Notes: a model not told the origin generated them from the sequence alone. 59,696 nt of DNA from a bacterium (GCA_030649835.1 JAUSES010000058.1:1-59696); one strand, 5' to 3'; shown: positions 17,202 through 25,668, numbered from the stretch's first letter. Numbers and translations are program-made.

Positions 17202-18581
17202 ATGAAAATTTTCAACAGACGGGAGCCTATCATCTTGTTTCTGGGGGATTTGATGGCCTTTTCTATCGCACTTTGGCTTGCGCTTTTGGTTCGCTACGGC
17301 GCTATTCCCTCAAGTGGTTTGCTTGCTCAGCACTGGGCGCCATTTTCGGTGCTTTTCTTGCTCTGGGTTTTTGTGTTTTTTGTTGCTGGGCTTTATGAAA
17401 AACACACCCTGGTTTTTAAGGGGAAACTTCCATCCTTAATTCTAAATACTCAGGTTGCAAACAGTCTTCTCGCAGTGGTTTTTTTCTACCTACTTCCGTC
17501 GTTTGGCATCACGCCTAAAATAGTTCTCGCGGTGTATCTTATCGTTTCTTTTCTTCTCGTCGTGACGTGGCGCGTGGTCGTCGTTCCTCGCTTTGGTTTT
17601 CGTAATCGTGAAAACGCGATACTCATCGGCTCCGGTCGCGCTCCAATCGACACTGCGCGACATGATTTTGCAAAATCAGAAATGGACGAGCTAAAAGAAG
17701 AAATGAACGGCAACGAGCGCTACAACCTCACCTTTGTTTCGTCAGTAGACTTGAATCAACTGGACGGCATCGCATTTCAAGAAGAGGTGGTGGAGAAAAT
17801 ATATAGTGAAGGAGTCACCTCAATTGTTATTGATTTGAAACACGAAAAGGCCGCAGAGATTTTGCCGTCGCTTTATAATCTCATTTTTTCAAACGTGCGT
17901 TTCCTCGATATGTACAAAGTATATGAAGAAGTTTTTGACCGCATCCCGCTTTCGCTCGTGGGGTACAATTGGTTTTTGGAAAATATTTCTTTTTCTCCGC
18001 ACACAATGTACGACACATTGAAGCGCATGATGGACGTGGCGATAGCAAGTGCGCTCGGTGTTATATCGCTCATTTTTTATCCATTTGTTATTGTCGCTAT
18101 TAAAATTGAGGACGGTGGCGATGTGTTTATCACCCAGACGCGCATCGGGAAAGGCAATCGCATTATTAATCTTTGGAAATTTCGCAGTATGAAGAAAAAT
18201 GACGGCGGAGTTTGGCCAACTGAAGGGGATAGCTCTATCACCCGTGTCGGAAGTTTCTTGCGCAAAACTCGTATTGATGAGTTCCCCCAACTTTGGAACA
18301 TTGTACGTGGAGATATGTCGCTCATTGGGCCACGGCCGGACATTATTGACCTCGGAAAAAAGCTCGCTCTAGAGATCCCTTACTACACAGTGCGCAATCT
18401 CATCAAGCCGGGGCTTTCAGGCTGGGCACAGATAAAGCAAGACATTGTCCCGCACTCCATAGAGGAAACACGCGAGCGCCTCGCCTACGATTTGTACTAC
18501 CTCAAAAACCGCTCATTCATCCTAGACCTCACCATCGCCCTCAAAACCATGAAAACCCTCCTTTCGCGCACCGGGAAGTAG
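17202..18581 (+). CDS. polyprenyl-phosphate glycosyl-1-phosphate transferase (bacterial sugar transferase, WbaP-like)
   Basis: C-terminal DEFPQLWNIVRGDMSLIGPRPD signature with N-terminal TM helices. Start at ATG 17202; the upstream part of the track ORF runs through the palindrome. Confidence 0.88.
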   Translation: MKIFNRREPIILFLGDLMAFSIALWLALLVRYGAIPSSGLLAQHWAPFSVLFLLWVFVFFVAGLYEKHTLVFKGKLPSLILNTQVANSLLAVVFFYLLPSFGITPKIVLAVYLIVSFLLVVTWRVVVVPRFGFRNRENAILIGSGRAPIDTARHDFAKSEMDELKEEMNGNERYNLTFVSSVDLNQLDGIAFQEEVVEKIYSEGVTSIVIDLKHEKAAEILPSLYNLIFSNVRFLDMYKVYEEVFDRIPLSLVGYNWFLENISFSPHTMYDTLKRMMDVAIASALGVISLIFYPFVIVAIKIEDGGDVFITQTRIGKGNRIINLWKFRSMKKNDGGVWPTEGDSSITRVGSFLRKTRIDEFPQLWNIVRGDMSLIGPRPDIIDLGKKLALEIPYYTVRNLIKPGLSGWAQIKQDIVPHSIEETRERLAYDLYYLKNRSFILDLTIALKTMKTLLSRTGK

Positions 18582-18692
18582 AATTTGACAAAAATACCAT
18601 ATTGTGCTACGATGGCTGAGTACAAGATTTCTCTTGTGCCTGATTCGGCAGGTTACCGAAATGTAGCACCTTAAAAATTGAAAGGAAATATC

Positions 18693-19355
18693 ATGAGCGC
18701 AAAAAGCGTATGTGATGCAATAGGAAAAACCCACGAGTTTATGCTTGCTCTCAAAAAGGCAGGGTTTGATGATGGGCTTTTCCAGCAAACAATCAATTCC
18801 AGAGGCAACAAACTTGCTAAGGCGATGTATTCTGCCGTTACTGGTGGAGCACAGGTGGATGATCGGTTTGAGTTGATCAACACTTTCAGCATTGTTGTTC
18901 CGAAAAACTATGACCATGCAACGCAGCTCTCTTCGTTTAATAAAAAATACCGCAAGGAGTTTTATTATTACAACGAGGCTATCACTGACAAGAACTATGC
19001 CAATGCCACGACAAAGCTCGAGCCAGGGCGTAGCCTCAAGGTGAAAGTTTTCCAAATCAAAAAGACGGTCACATCTGAAGACTGCTTGGAGTACTTGCGT
19101 TCGCAAAAAGCTATTTTTGTTGGTGCTCAGGGCGCAAGCCTCGCTTACGAGCAGGGTAAAGGAGAGCTTCCCATTGGTCGGTGGACGGCGTCCTTTGATG
19201 AAAAAAATGCACTCTGGGCCGACGGCGGCCACGGGGTGCCGCGCCTCGACCGCGACTCGGGTGGCGGTTTCGAGTTCTACCTCGGCTCCTTCGTGGACGG
19301 CTGGGGTGACGGCCGCTGCCTCCTTTGCTTCTGCGACGAGTCCTCAGACGCTTAG
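18693..19355 (+). CDS. DGR target (variable) protein
   Basis: The C-terminal 40 codons are the VR. ATG at 18693 follows GAAAGGA. No signal peptide or TM helix visible. Confidence 0.85.
   Translation: MSAKSVCDAIGKTHEFMLALKKAGFDDGLFQQTINSRGNKLAKAMYSAVTGGAQVDDRFELINTFSIVVPKNYDHATQLSSFNKKYRKEFYYYNEAITDKNYANATTKLEPGRSLKVKVFQIKKTVTSEDCLEYLRSQKAIFVGAQGASLAYEQGKGELPIGRWTASFDEKNALWADGGHGVPRLDRDSGGGFEFYLGSFVDGWGDGRCLLCFCDESSDA
19218..19337 (+). repeat. DGR variable repeat (VR)
   Basis: 120-nt alignment to TR at a fixed offset of +468. 21 internal mismatches, 20 at TR adenines. Confidence 0.9.
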
Positions 19356-19393
19356 TATCTTTGCTCGTGCTTGAAATCTTAGACTCTTAGTCC

Positions 19394-19428
19394 TTAGCCC
19401 TCCGATTTATCGGAGGGCTAAATTTTTG
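19394..19428 (+). terminator. hairpin/terminator downstream of VR
   Basis: TTAGCCCTCCG-ATTTA-TCGGAGGGCTAA followed by a T run. Confidence 0.65.
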
Positions 19429-19685
19429 TTAATTTTTTGATATACTTATACTCGGATAGTAGATGTGCATACGGCTACGGCTTTATGCAATCGAATTCTC
19501 GTGAAAGGATTTCTGCGAGTGGCTCATCGGGTACTTCTTTGTGAGTGAGAGCAACCTTTTATGAAAAAATAAATAAGTCGGTGCAGTACGCTGGTGAGTT
19601 TTTATACTCCAAATAAAATACAGAGAGTGACCGGTGTTGCTCTCGGTGGAATGGAAGGCGTATTGTACATTGCAAAGTAGGTCAC

Positions 19686-19805
19686 GCCGACGGCAACCAC
19701 AGGGTGCCGAACCTCTACCGCAACTCGGATGGCGATTTCAAGTTCAACCTCGGCAACTTCGAGAACGACTGGAATGACGACAACTGCCTCCTTTGCTTCT
19801 GCGAT
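19686..19805 (+). repeat. DGR template repeat (TR)
   Basis: Rich in AAC codons (frame reads ...NLYRNSDGDFKFNLGNFENDWNDDNCLLCFCD). The 3' 21 nt are identical to VR (IMH-like). Confidence 0.9.
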
Positions 19806-19822
19806 TCATTCAATTTCTTCCC

Positions 19823-20225
19823 CTATTTGTTAGGGGAAGTTTTGTCTCCGAGATTTTTCTTCCACCCACCGAGCATGCGGCCGACCTCATCAAGGTATAG
19901 AATAAGTGCTCCGTACTGCGTGTGATTGAGTATCTTTTGTTCCCACCCGAGTTGGAGGAAAAATTTTAATAGGTCAGTTTTTCCTATTGCTTGGGACACG
20001 AGAGAAAGTTTTTCAAATTTATCATAAGCAAAACATGCCCGAAATATCAACTCAAGAATTGAGAGGAACGTGTCATCAATTTTTATACCAATCGTATCAC
20101 GGTCGACACGTTTTAAGTTTGCTAGGTGAGTATGCCACGTTTGGTATGCTTCCTTTGCGCGTACCAGTACGAGCGGGGTCTGTACGGGGGGGGGGTAACT
20201 TTATAGTATTTTTATGTTCACTCAT
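19823..20225 (-). pseudogene. avd: DGR accessory variability determinant (Avd, four-helix-bundle family), reading frame interrupted in a C10 run
   Basis: The frame downstream of the run reads PLVLVRAKEAYQTWHTHLANLKRVDRDTIGIKIDDTFLSILELIFRA...YGALILYLDEVGRMLGGWKK. The only ATG (20225) is in the +1 frame upstream of the run. A 9-C run would give an intact 133-aa protein. Confidence 0.7.
20186..20195. repeat. G10/C10 homopolymer inside the avd 5' region, 18 nt upstream of the RT ATG
   Basis: Counted directly: 10 consecutive G on the plus strand. Confidence 0.95.
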
Positions 20226-21197
20226 AAATATCAAGATATCATATCTCTCGAAAATTTACTTGCGACATGGGATCGTTTTGTTCGTGGTAAGCGTCACAAA
20301 AAGGATGTCATTGCATTTCAATTAAATCTTGCAGATAATCTCATAGAACTTCACGGTTCGCTTAGAGATAGAACATATAAGCATGGTGGATATCACGCAT
20401 TTAATATCTCTGATCCAAAACCGAGGAATATTCACAAGGCTACTGTGCGAGACAGGGTGCTGCATCATTTAATATACAAAGAATTATACCGTTATTTTGA
20501 CTCCCGTTTTATCTACGATTCATTCTCTTGCAGAAAAGGTAAGGGCACCCACCGCGCACTCGATAGGTTTAAATATTTTGCAGGACAGGTATCGAAAAAT
20601 TACACACGCACCTGCTATGTACTGAAGGGGGATATTAAAAAGTTCTTTGCAAGCATCGACCACGTGGTGCTGATGAAAATACTTGAGCGACATATTGAGG
20701 ATGGGGAATTGCGTGCTCTTTTGCGTGAAATAGTCTCGAGTTTCCATTCAGCTATTCCTACTATTGGCTTACCTCTTGGTAATCTTACCTCACAACTTCT
20801 GGTGAATATTTATATGCATGAGTTTGACATGTACGTGAAGCAAGAACTCAGAGTAAAATATTATATTCGGTACGCTGATGACTTTGCGGTTCTATCGAGT
20901 GATAAAAAGTATTTAGAGGAGTTATTACCGGAATTTCATTATTTTTTGAACAACAAATTACACCTTTCCTTACATGAAAATAAAGTCTACATCAAGACGT
21001 ACGGATCGGGGGTAGATTTTTTGGGATGGGTACACTTTCCTTACCATCGGCAGATTAGAACTGCTACCAAGAAAAAGATAATAAAGAAACTGAGGGGGTA
21101 TCCGAAACCCCAAACAATAAACTCATATCGTGGGGTGCTGGGTCATGGGAATACGCATAAGGTTCAAGAGAGAGTAGGGGTTTTCCGTTTTTTTTAA
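20214..21197 (+). CDS. DGR-type reverse transcriptase
   Basis: N terminus ISLENLLATWDRFVRGKR, LPLGNLTSQLLVNIYM motif, YADD catalytic box (IRYADDFAV). Confidence 0.93.
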   Translation: MFTHKYQDIISLENLLATWDRFVRGKRHKKDVIAFQLNLADNLIELHGSLRDRTYKHGGYHAFNISDPKPRNIHKATVRDRVLHHLIYKELYRYFDSRFIYDSFSCRKGKGTHRALDRFKYFAGQVSKNYTRTCYVLKGDIKKFFASIDHVVLMKILERHIEDGELRALLREIVSSFHSAIPTIGLPLGNLTSQLLVNIYMHEFDMYVKQELRVKYYIRYADDFAVLSSDKKYLEELLPEFHYFLNNKLHLSLHENKVYIKTYGSGVDFLGWVHFPYHRQIRTATKKKIIKKLRGYPKPQTINSYRGVLGHGNTHKVQERVGVFRFF

Positions 21198-21308
21198 TAA
21201 TTATGCTAAAGTAGTAGGACTATGGAAAAAGGATTAGCACTATTCATTACGGTGGAAGCGGGAATGCCCGCCAACCACCTTAAATCTATAAGTCTCACTA
21301 AATAAAAT

Positions 21309-22382
21309 ATGACCACAGACGTAAAAACAGGACTCGTACTTTTTGTCACTGGTGGGGCGGGGTACGTGGGCGCGATGCTCGCGGAGCAGTTTGCAAAGCG
21401 ACCCGATGTAAAGGAAATTATTTGCTTGGACAAAGAGCCAGAGCCGGAGATTTTTGTTTCCAATCCAAAAATCACGTGGGTGTCTGCAAACACCTCCGAC
21501 GCCACATGGCAAGAAGAAGTGTGCGCGAAAAATCCCGATATCGTGGTACATACCGCATGGCAGATTCGCGAAATGTACGGCAATAAAAAGAAACAATGGC
21601 ATTGGAACGTGGAAGGGTCGCAGGCAATTTTTGATTTTGCATTTGAAACACAGTCAGTAAAAAAACTTATATACTTTTCTACGGTGGCCTCATATGGTTC
21701 GTATCCTGAAAATACCGTCGAACATTTTTTCACTGAAGTAGAGCCATTTAGAAAGACGGATTATTTGTATGCCGAGGAAAAGCGCATCGTAGAGGAAAAT
21801 CTCGCAAAGAAATATAAGGAAAGTAAAAAAGATAAACAAGTATTCATTATACGCCCTGCAGCGATCACGGGGCCACGTGGGCGCTACGCACGGATTCGTT
21901 TTGGGCTACAGTCAGCGCTCTCCGGCACACTCAAGGGGCAAAAGTCTTTTGTGTATGATCTAATTTCGCTCATGGTCTCGTGGGTGCCGGTCACGCCAAA
22001 GTGGCTTCGCCAGTATGTGCACGAGGACGACATTACGGACATTGTTGCGTTCTTTTCGTTCAACAATCTCGAAGGGGAATACGAAGTTTTTAATGCAGCG
22101 CCACATGGAAAAGCGGTGCTTGGCCCCGATATGGCAAAAGCAGTAGGGAAGAAGGTTCTTCCAATACAGCCGTGGATGGCACGCGTCGCGTTCTTTTTCT
22201 TCTGGCACATCACCCGCGGGCGCATTCCCACATCAAGGGGAAGCTGGAAGGGGTATTCGTATCCTATTGCAGTAGATGGATCAAAAATCACCAAGCAGTA
22301 CGGCTATAATTACAAATATGAATCTGGGGAAGCGTTTGTGAAAAACACCGGTCGCTATGAAGCGGATGCGAAGAAAGCTTAG
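21309..22382 (+). CDS. NAD-dependent epimerase/dehydratase family (extended SDR) protein
   Basis: VTGGAGYVG Rossmann motif, YxxxK region. Confidence 0.8.
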   Translation: MTTDVKTGLVLFVTGGAGYVGAMLAEQFAKRPDVKEIICLDKEPEPEIFVSNPKITWVSANTSDATWQEEVCAKNPDIVVHTAWQIREMYGNKKKQWHWNVEGSQAIFDFAFETQSVKKLIYFSTVASYGSYPENTVEHFFTEVEPFRKTDYLYAEEKRIVEENLAKKYKESKKDKQVFIIRPAAITGPRGRYARIRFGLQSALSGTLKGQKSFVYDLISLMVSWVPVTPKWLRQYVHEDDITDIVAFFSFNNLEGEYEVFNAAPHGKAVLGPDMAKAVGKKVLPIQPWMARVAFFFFWHITRGRIPTSRGSWKGYSYPIAVDGSKITKQYGYNYKYESGEAFVKNTGRYEADAKKA

Positions 22383-22400
22383 CGCATGCGACACCTCACT

Positions 22401-22505
22401 CTGTCTTTGCGAGGCACGAAGCAATCCAGAGTAGTGATACGGAATCCTAAATTGCTTCTGAATCAGCAGATTCACGTCTTGGACGCAAGTCACTCGCAAA
22501 GACAG
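22401..22505 (+). repeat. family F2 composite palindromic element (outer arms CTGTCTTTGCGAG / CTCGCAAAGACAG)
   Basis: Nested inverted repeats GAAGCAAT/ATTGCTTC and core GAATCAGCAGATTC-ACGTCTTGGACG at 22460..22485. Confidence 0.8.
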
Positions 22506-22521
22506 GACAATATAATAATTC

Positions 22522-23064
22522 ATGAACTCAATCAACGAAACAATCTTCAATTATTTTTACGGCTTTGCACACAGGAATGCATTTCTTGATGCATTGATTG
22601 GTTTTACCGCTGAGTGGTACGGGCTCGTCATTCTCGGTGCACTTTTTATTTATCTTTTTAAACACCGAGACAATCCAAGCAAGGGTGTGCGCGACCTCTT
22701 TGTCGTGGGGGCAACCGCAGTTTTTGCGTATGCTGTTGCATACGCGTTCAAGGATTTTTTTCACACGCTTCGCCCGTTTGACGCAGTATCATCTGTGAGT
22801 CCAGTCATAGTAGAGTCAGGATACGCTTTTCCCTCAGGTCATGCGACATTTTTTATGGCCCTCGCATCGTCACTTTGGTTTTATCATAAAAATCTCTCAA
22901 TATTTTTTGGGGTCTCTGCCATGCTCATCGGTCTCGCGCGCATCACTGCCGGCATTCATTGGCCCATAGACATCCTCGGCGGGCTTCTCCTTGGCTACGC
23001 AGTAGGCATAACCCTCCACAGCCTCATTTCTTCAATGTTTGATAAAATTTCAAAACCACAATAG
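22522..23064 (+). CDS. PAP2-family phosphatase (undecaprenyl-diphosphatase-like)
   Basis: PSGHA and RITAGIHWPIDILGG motifs, multiple TM helices. Confidence 0.8.
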   Translation: MNSINETIFNYFYGFAHRNAFLDALIGFTAEWYGLVILGALFIYLFKHRDNPSKGVRDLFVVGATAVFAYAVAYAFKDFFHTLRPFDAVSSVSPVIVESGYAFPSGHATFFMALASSLWFYHKNLSIFFGVSAMLIGLARITAGIHWPIDILGGLLLGYAVGITLHSLISSMFDKISKPQ

Positions 23065-23126
23065 AGCACATTTTTAGTAGGCAGGCCTATTGCAAAAGTC
23101 TTCAAAATCCGTAGAATATACCCATT

Positions 23127-24554
23127 ATGTGGAAAACACGAATTGGGGCATTACTTCTTTTGATTGTCGGCGCTGGCATCGGTTATTTTATTTATGCTTC
23201 GGAACCAAAGCTCCACGAGGGTAGAACAGTCCGCGCGCAGGCTTTTGCAGAAAAATTCCCTTTTAAACTCGGCCTTGACCTCTCGGGCGGAGTTCAACTT
23301 GTTTACAAAGCGGATATTTCGTCGGTAAAGCCCGCTGATGTAAAAAACGCGATGGATTCACTCCGTGATGTTATTGAACGTCGCGTAAACGCATTCGGAG
23401 TTTCGGAGCCAATTGTGCAGATTGAACAAAAAGGTGGAATCACTGGTCCTGTGGAACAGCGACTCCTCGTCGAGCTTCCTGGTGTTACTGATGTAAAGCG
23501 CGCAGTAGAGATGATTGGTCAGACCCCAAAGCTTGAGTTCATGAAAGAGCGCCCAAAGGCAGAGCTTGAGGCATACAACAAAGCAGTTGAGAAATTCAAA
23601 GCAGACCAAGCTAAAGGGATGCCCTTGAGCATTCCCGCAGAGCTTCTTGCGGGACCATACGTACCGACCGAGCTCAATGGGCGTTTCCTCGAACGCGCAG
23701 TTCTAGAATTTGACCAAACTACGCGTGAGCCTATCGTATCTATCGTTTTCAACAAACAAGGTGCGGACTTGTTTGCACAATTAACAAAAGACAATATAGG
23801 AAAGACAATTGCGATTTACCTTGACCGCGAATTGGGAAATCCAAACCCAATTTCTGCGCCCGTAGTCCGCGAGTCAATCCTTGGAGGCAAAGCGCAGATC
23901 AGCGGCAGCTTCACTGCCCTTGAAGCAAAGACGCTTGTTGGTCGCCTCAACTCCGGCGCGCTTCCTGTCGACAAGCTTGAGCTCCTTTCTACGCAGACTA
24001 TTTCCGCACCACTTGGCGCACAGGCCTTGATGGCAGGCGTGTGGGCAGGCGTGTGGGGTCTCGTGATTGTCGCAGGCTTTCTCATTCTTTGGTACCGTCT
24101 TCCCGGACTGGTTGCCGTGGTTGCCTTGGCGATTTACGTGGTCATTATGCTCGCACTCTTTAAGTTTTTGGGGGTCACCCTCACCGCAGCGGGTATCGCA
24201 GGACTCATCCTTTCAATGGGCATGGCAGTTGATGCGAACATTCTTATTTTTGAACGTACCAAGGAGGAGCTACGCAAAGGGCACGGCGTGCATGAGGCAC
24301 TCCGCGAAGGGTTTGCACGCGCGTGGACGTCTATTCGCGACTCAAACATTTCAAGTATCATCACTGCGATTATTCTCTTTTGGTTTGGTACGAGCTTGAT
24401 CAAAGGCTTCGCACTCACGTTTGGGCTTGGGGTTATCATTTCAATGTTTACCGCGATCTCTATTTCCCGCACGCTTCTTTTTGCACTTCCATTTAGTGGG
24501 CATGGTTCGTTTGTGAGAGTTTTGTTTGGAAGTGGTTTTTTCAAGTTAAAATAG
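23127..24554 (+). CDS. secD: protein translocase subunit SecD
   Basis: LGLDLSGG, periplasmic domain, C-terminal six-TM SecDF signature. Confidence 0.93.
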   Translation: MWKTRIGALLLLIVGAGIGYFIYASEPKLHEGRTVRAQAFAEKFPFKLGLDLSGGVQLVYKADISSVKPADVKNAMDSLRDVIERRVNAFGVSEPIVQIEQKGGITGPVEQRLLVELPGVTDVKRAVEMIGQTPKLEFMKERPKAELEAYNKAVEKFKADQAKGMPLSIPAELLAGPYVPTELNGRFLERAVLEFDQTTREPIVSIVFNKQGADLFAQLTKDNIGKTIAIYLDRELGNPNPISAPVVRESILGGKAQISGSFTALEAKTLVGRLNSGALPVDKLELLSTQTISAPLGAQALMAGVWAGVWGLVIVAGFLILWYRLPGLVAVVALAIYVVIMLALFKFLGVTLTAAGIAGLILSMGMAVDANILIFERTKEELRKGHGVHEALREGFARAWTSIRDSNISSIITAIILFWFGTSLIKGFALTFGLGVIISMFTAISISRTLLFALPFSGHGSFVRVLFGSGFFKLK

Positions 24555-24581
24555 GGAGTGAAGCGACCATATTTTACTTGA

Positions 24582-24722
24582 CCCAGTTAAATGATTTCAA
24601 ATTAAAAACAAAAATAAAATCTTATGATAAAATCACATAACAGCAATAAAAAATTCTCAGTTAGTAGAACAGAGAATTTGAAATCAAGATTTGTGGGCGC
24701 CCACAAATCTTATTTAACCGGG
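24582..24722 (+). repeat. family F1 structured element, copy 1
   Basis: CCCAGTTAAATGATTTCAAAT...ATTTGAAATC-[26-nt perfect palindrome]-ATTTAACCGGG. Homologous to 49716..49848. Confidence 0.8.
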
Positions 24723-24746
24723 TATAGTTTTACTAACCTCGCTTTT

Positions 24747-24772
24747 GAATTAGCAAATTCACGTCTTGGACG
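24747..24772 (+). repeat. family F2 core motif copy (GAATTAGCAAATTC-ACGTCTTGGACG)
   Basis: Direct sequence match to the other cores. Confidence 0.75.
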
Positions 24773-24789
24773 TAACAACAAATAATAAT

Positions 24790-25668
24790 ATGTTCATAGT
24801 AAAATATCGAAAAATTTTCTTCACCATTTCAATCATCACGATTGTGCTTTCTTTTTATGCAATGGCGACAAAGGGGTTCAATGCAGGCATAGACTTTAAA
24901 GGTGGCTCAATTATTGAAGTGTCATACGACAAACGTCCTGACGTAGAGACTTTAACCAAGGTACTTCACGAGGCAGGTTTTGAAGGCGCGCGCATCCAGA
25001 TGGCAGGGGAGAGTGACGTAATCATCAAGACACAGGCACTTTCTGAAACAGATCGTCAAAAGCTCACGAGTACAATATCATTAAGCGGACTAAAAATGGA
25101 GGAGAAAAAATTTAGCTCCATCGGGCCGACCATTGGCGCAGAGCTCCGCACCAAGGCGTGGTACGCAATTATTCTCGTTATTCTCGGTATTGTGCTTTTC
25201 ATTGCGTATGTGTTTCGCAAAGTTTCCGAGCCGGTTTCCTCATGGAAGTACGGTATGGTTACGACCCTCACCCTCCTTCACGACATCATTGTTCCAGCAG
25301 GCGTGTTTGTGTGGCTTGGCAAGGAAGTGGACACACTCTTTATTGTGGCACTGCTCTCTATTATGGGCGTTTCAGTACACGATACCATCGTGGTGTTTGA
25401 CCGTATCCGCGAAAACTTGAAGCTCCGCGTTTCAAACGATTTTGCAACGACTGTCGGCACATCACTCCGCCAGACATTTACGCGTTCTATAAACACATCG
25501 CTCACCGTGATGATCGTCCTCGCAACACTCTTCTTCTTCGGTCCTGCATCCACAAAAGACTTCTCGCTCATCCTCTGGATCGGTATCGGTATCGGCACCT
25601 ATTCCTCCGTATTCATCGCATCACCACTCCTCGTCGTGCTTGAGAAATGGCAGAATAGGGGGCAATAG
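24790..25668 (+). CDS. secF: protein translocase subunit SecF
   Basis: GIDFKGG motif and SecF TM bundle. ATG at 24790; the track TTG at 24766 lies inside the repeat motif. Confidence 0.92.
   Translation: MFIVKYRKIFFTISIITIVLSFYAMATKGFNAGIDFKGGSIIEVSYDKRPDVETLTKVLHEAGFEGARIQMAGESDVIIKTQALSETDRQKLTSTISLSGLKMEEKKFSSIGPTIGAELRTKAWYAIILVILGIVLFIAYVFRKVSEPVSSWKYGMVTTLTLLHDIIVPAGVFVWLGKEVDTLFIVALLSIMGVSVHDTIVVFDRIRENLKLRVSNDFATTVGTSLRQTFTRSINTSLTVMIVLATLFFFGPASTKDFSLILWIGIGIGTYSSVFIASPLLVVLEKWQNRGQ

Larger units (their letters stand above)
18693..21197 (+). mobile_element. diversity-generating retroelement cassette (target-VR, TR, inverted avd, RT)
   Basis: VR/TR pair with adenine-specific mismatches, Avd-family ORF, and an RT with a DGR-type motif. 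Confidence 0.9.

Noticed and set aside
18522-19232. 236-aa minus-strand ORF overlapping the sugar transferase 3' end and the DGR target gene
   Set aside because: It is antisense to two better-supported genes. The plus-strand frame carries the VR that aligns codon for codon with TR.
19704-19925. 73-aa plus-strand ORF (MPNLYRNSDGDFKFNLGNFENDWNDDNCLLCFC...)
   Set aside because: This is the DGR template repeat read in the VR frame, not an independent gene. It has no SD and continues into the avd terminator.
24572-24734. TTTTACT on both sides of F1 copy 1 as a target-site duplication
   Set aside because: The 7-mers are offset by 3-4 nt from the element ends. Copy 2 shows no equivalent duplication, so this could be chance in AT-rich DNA.
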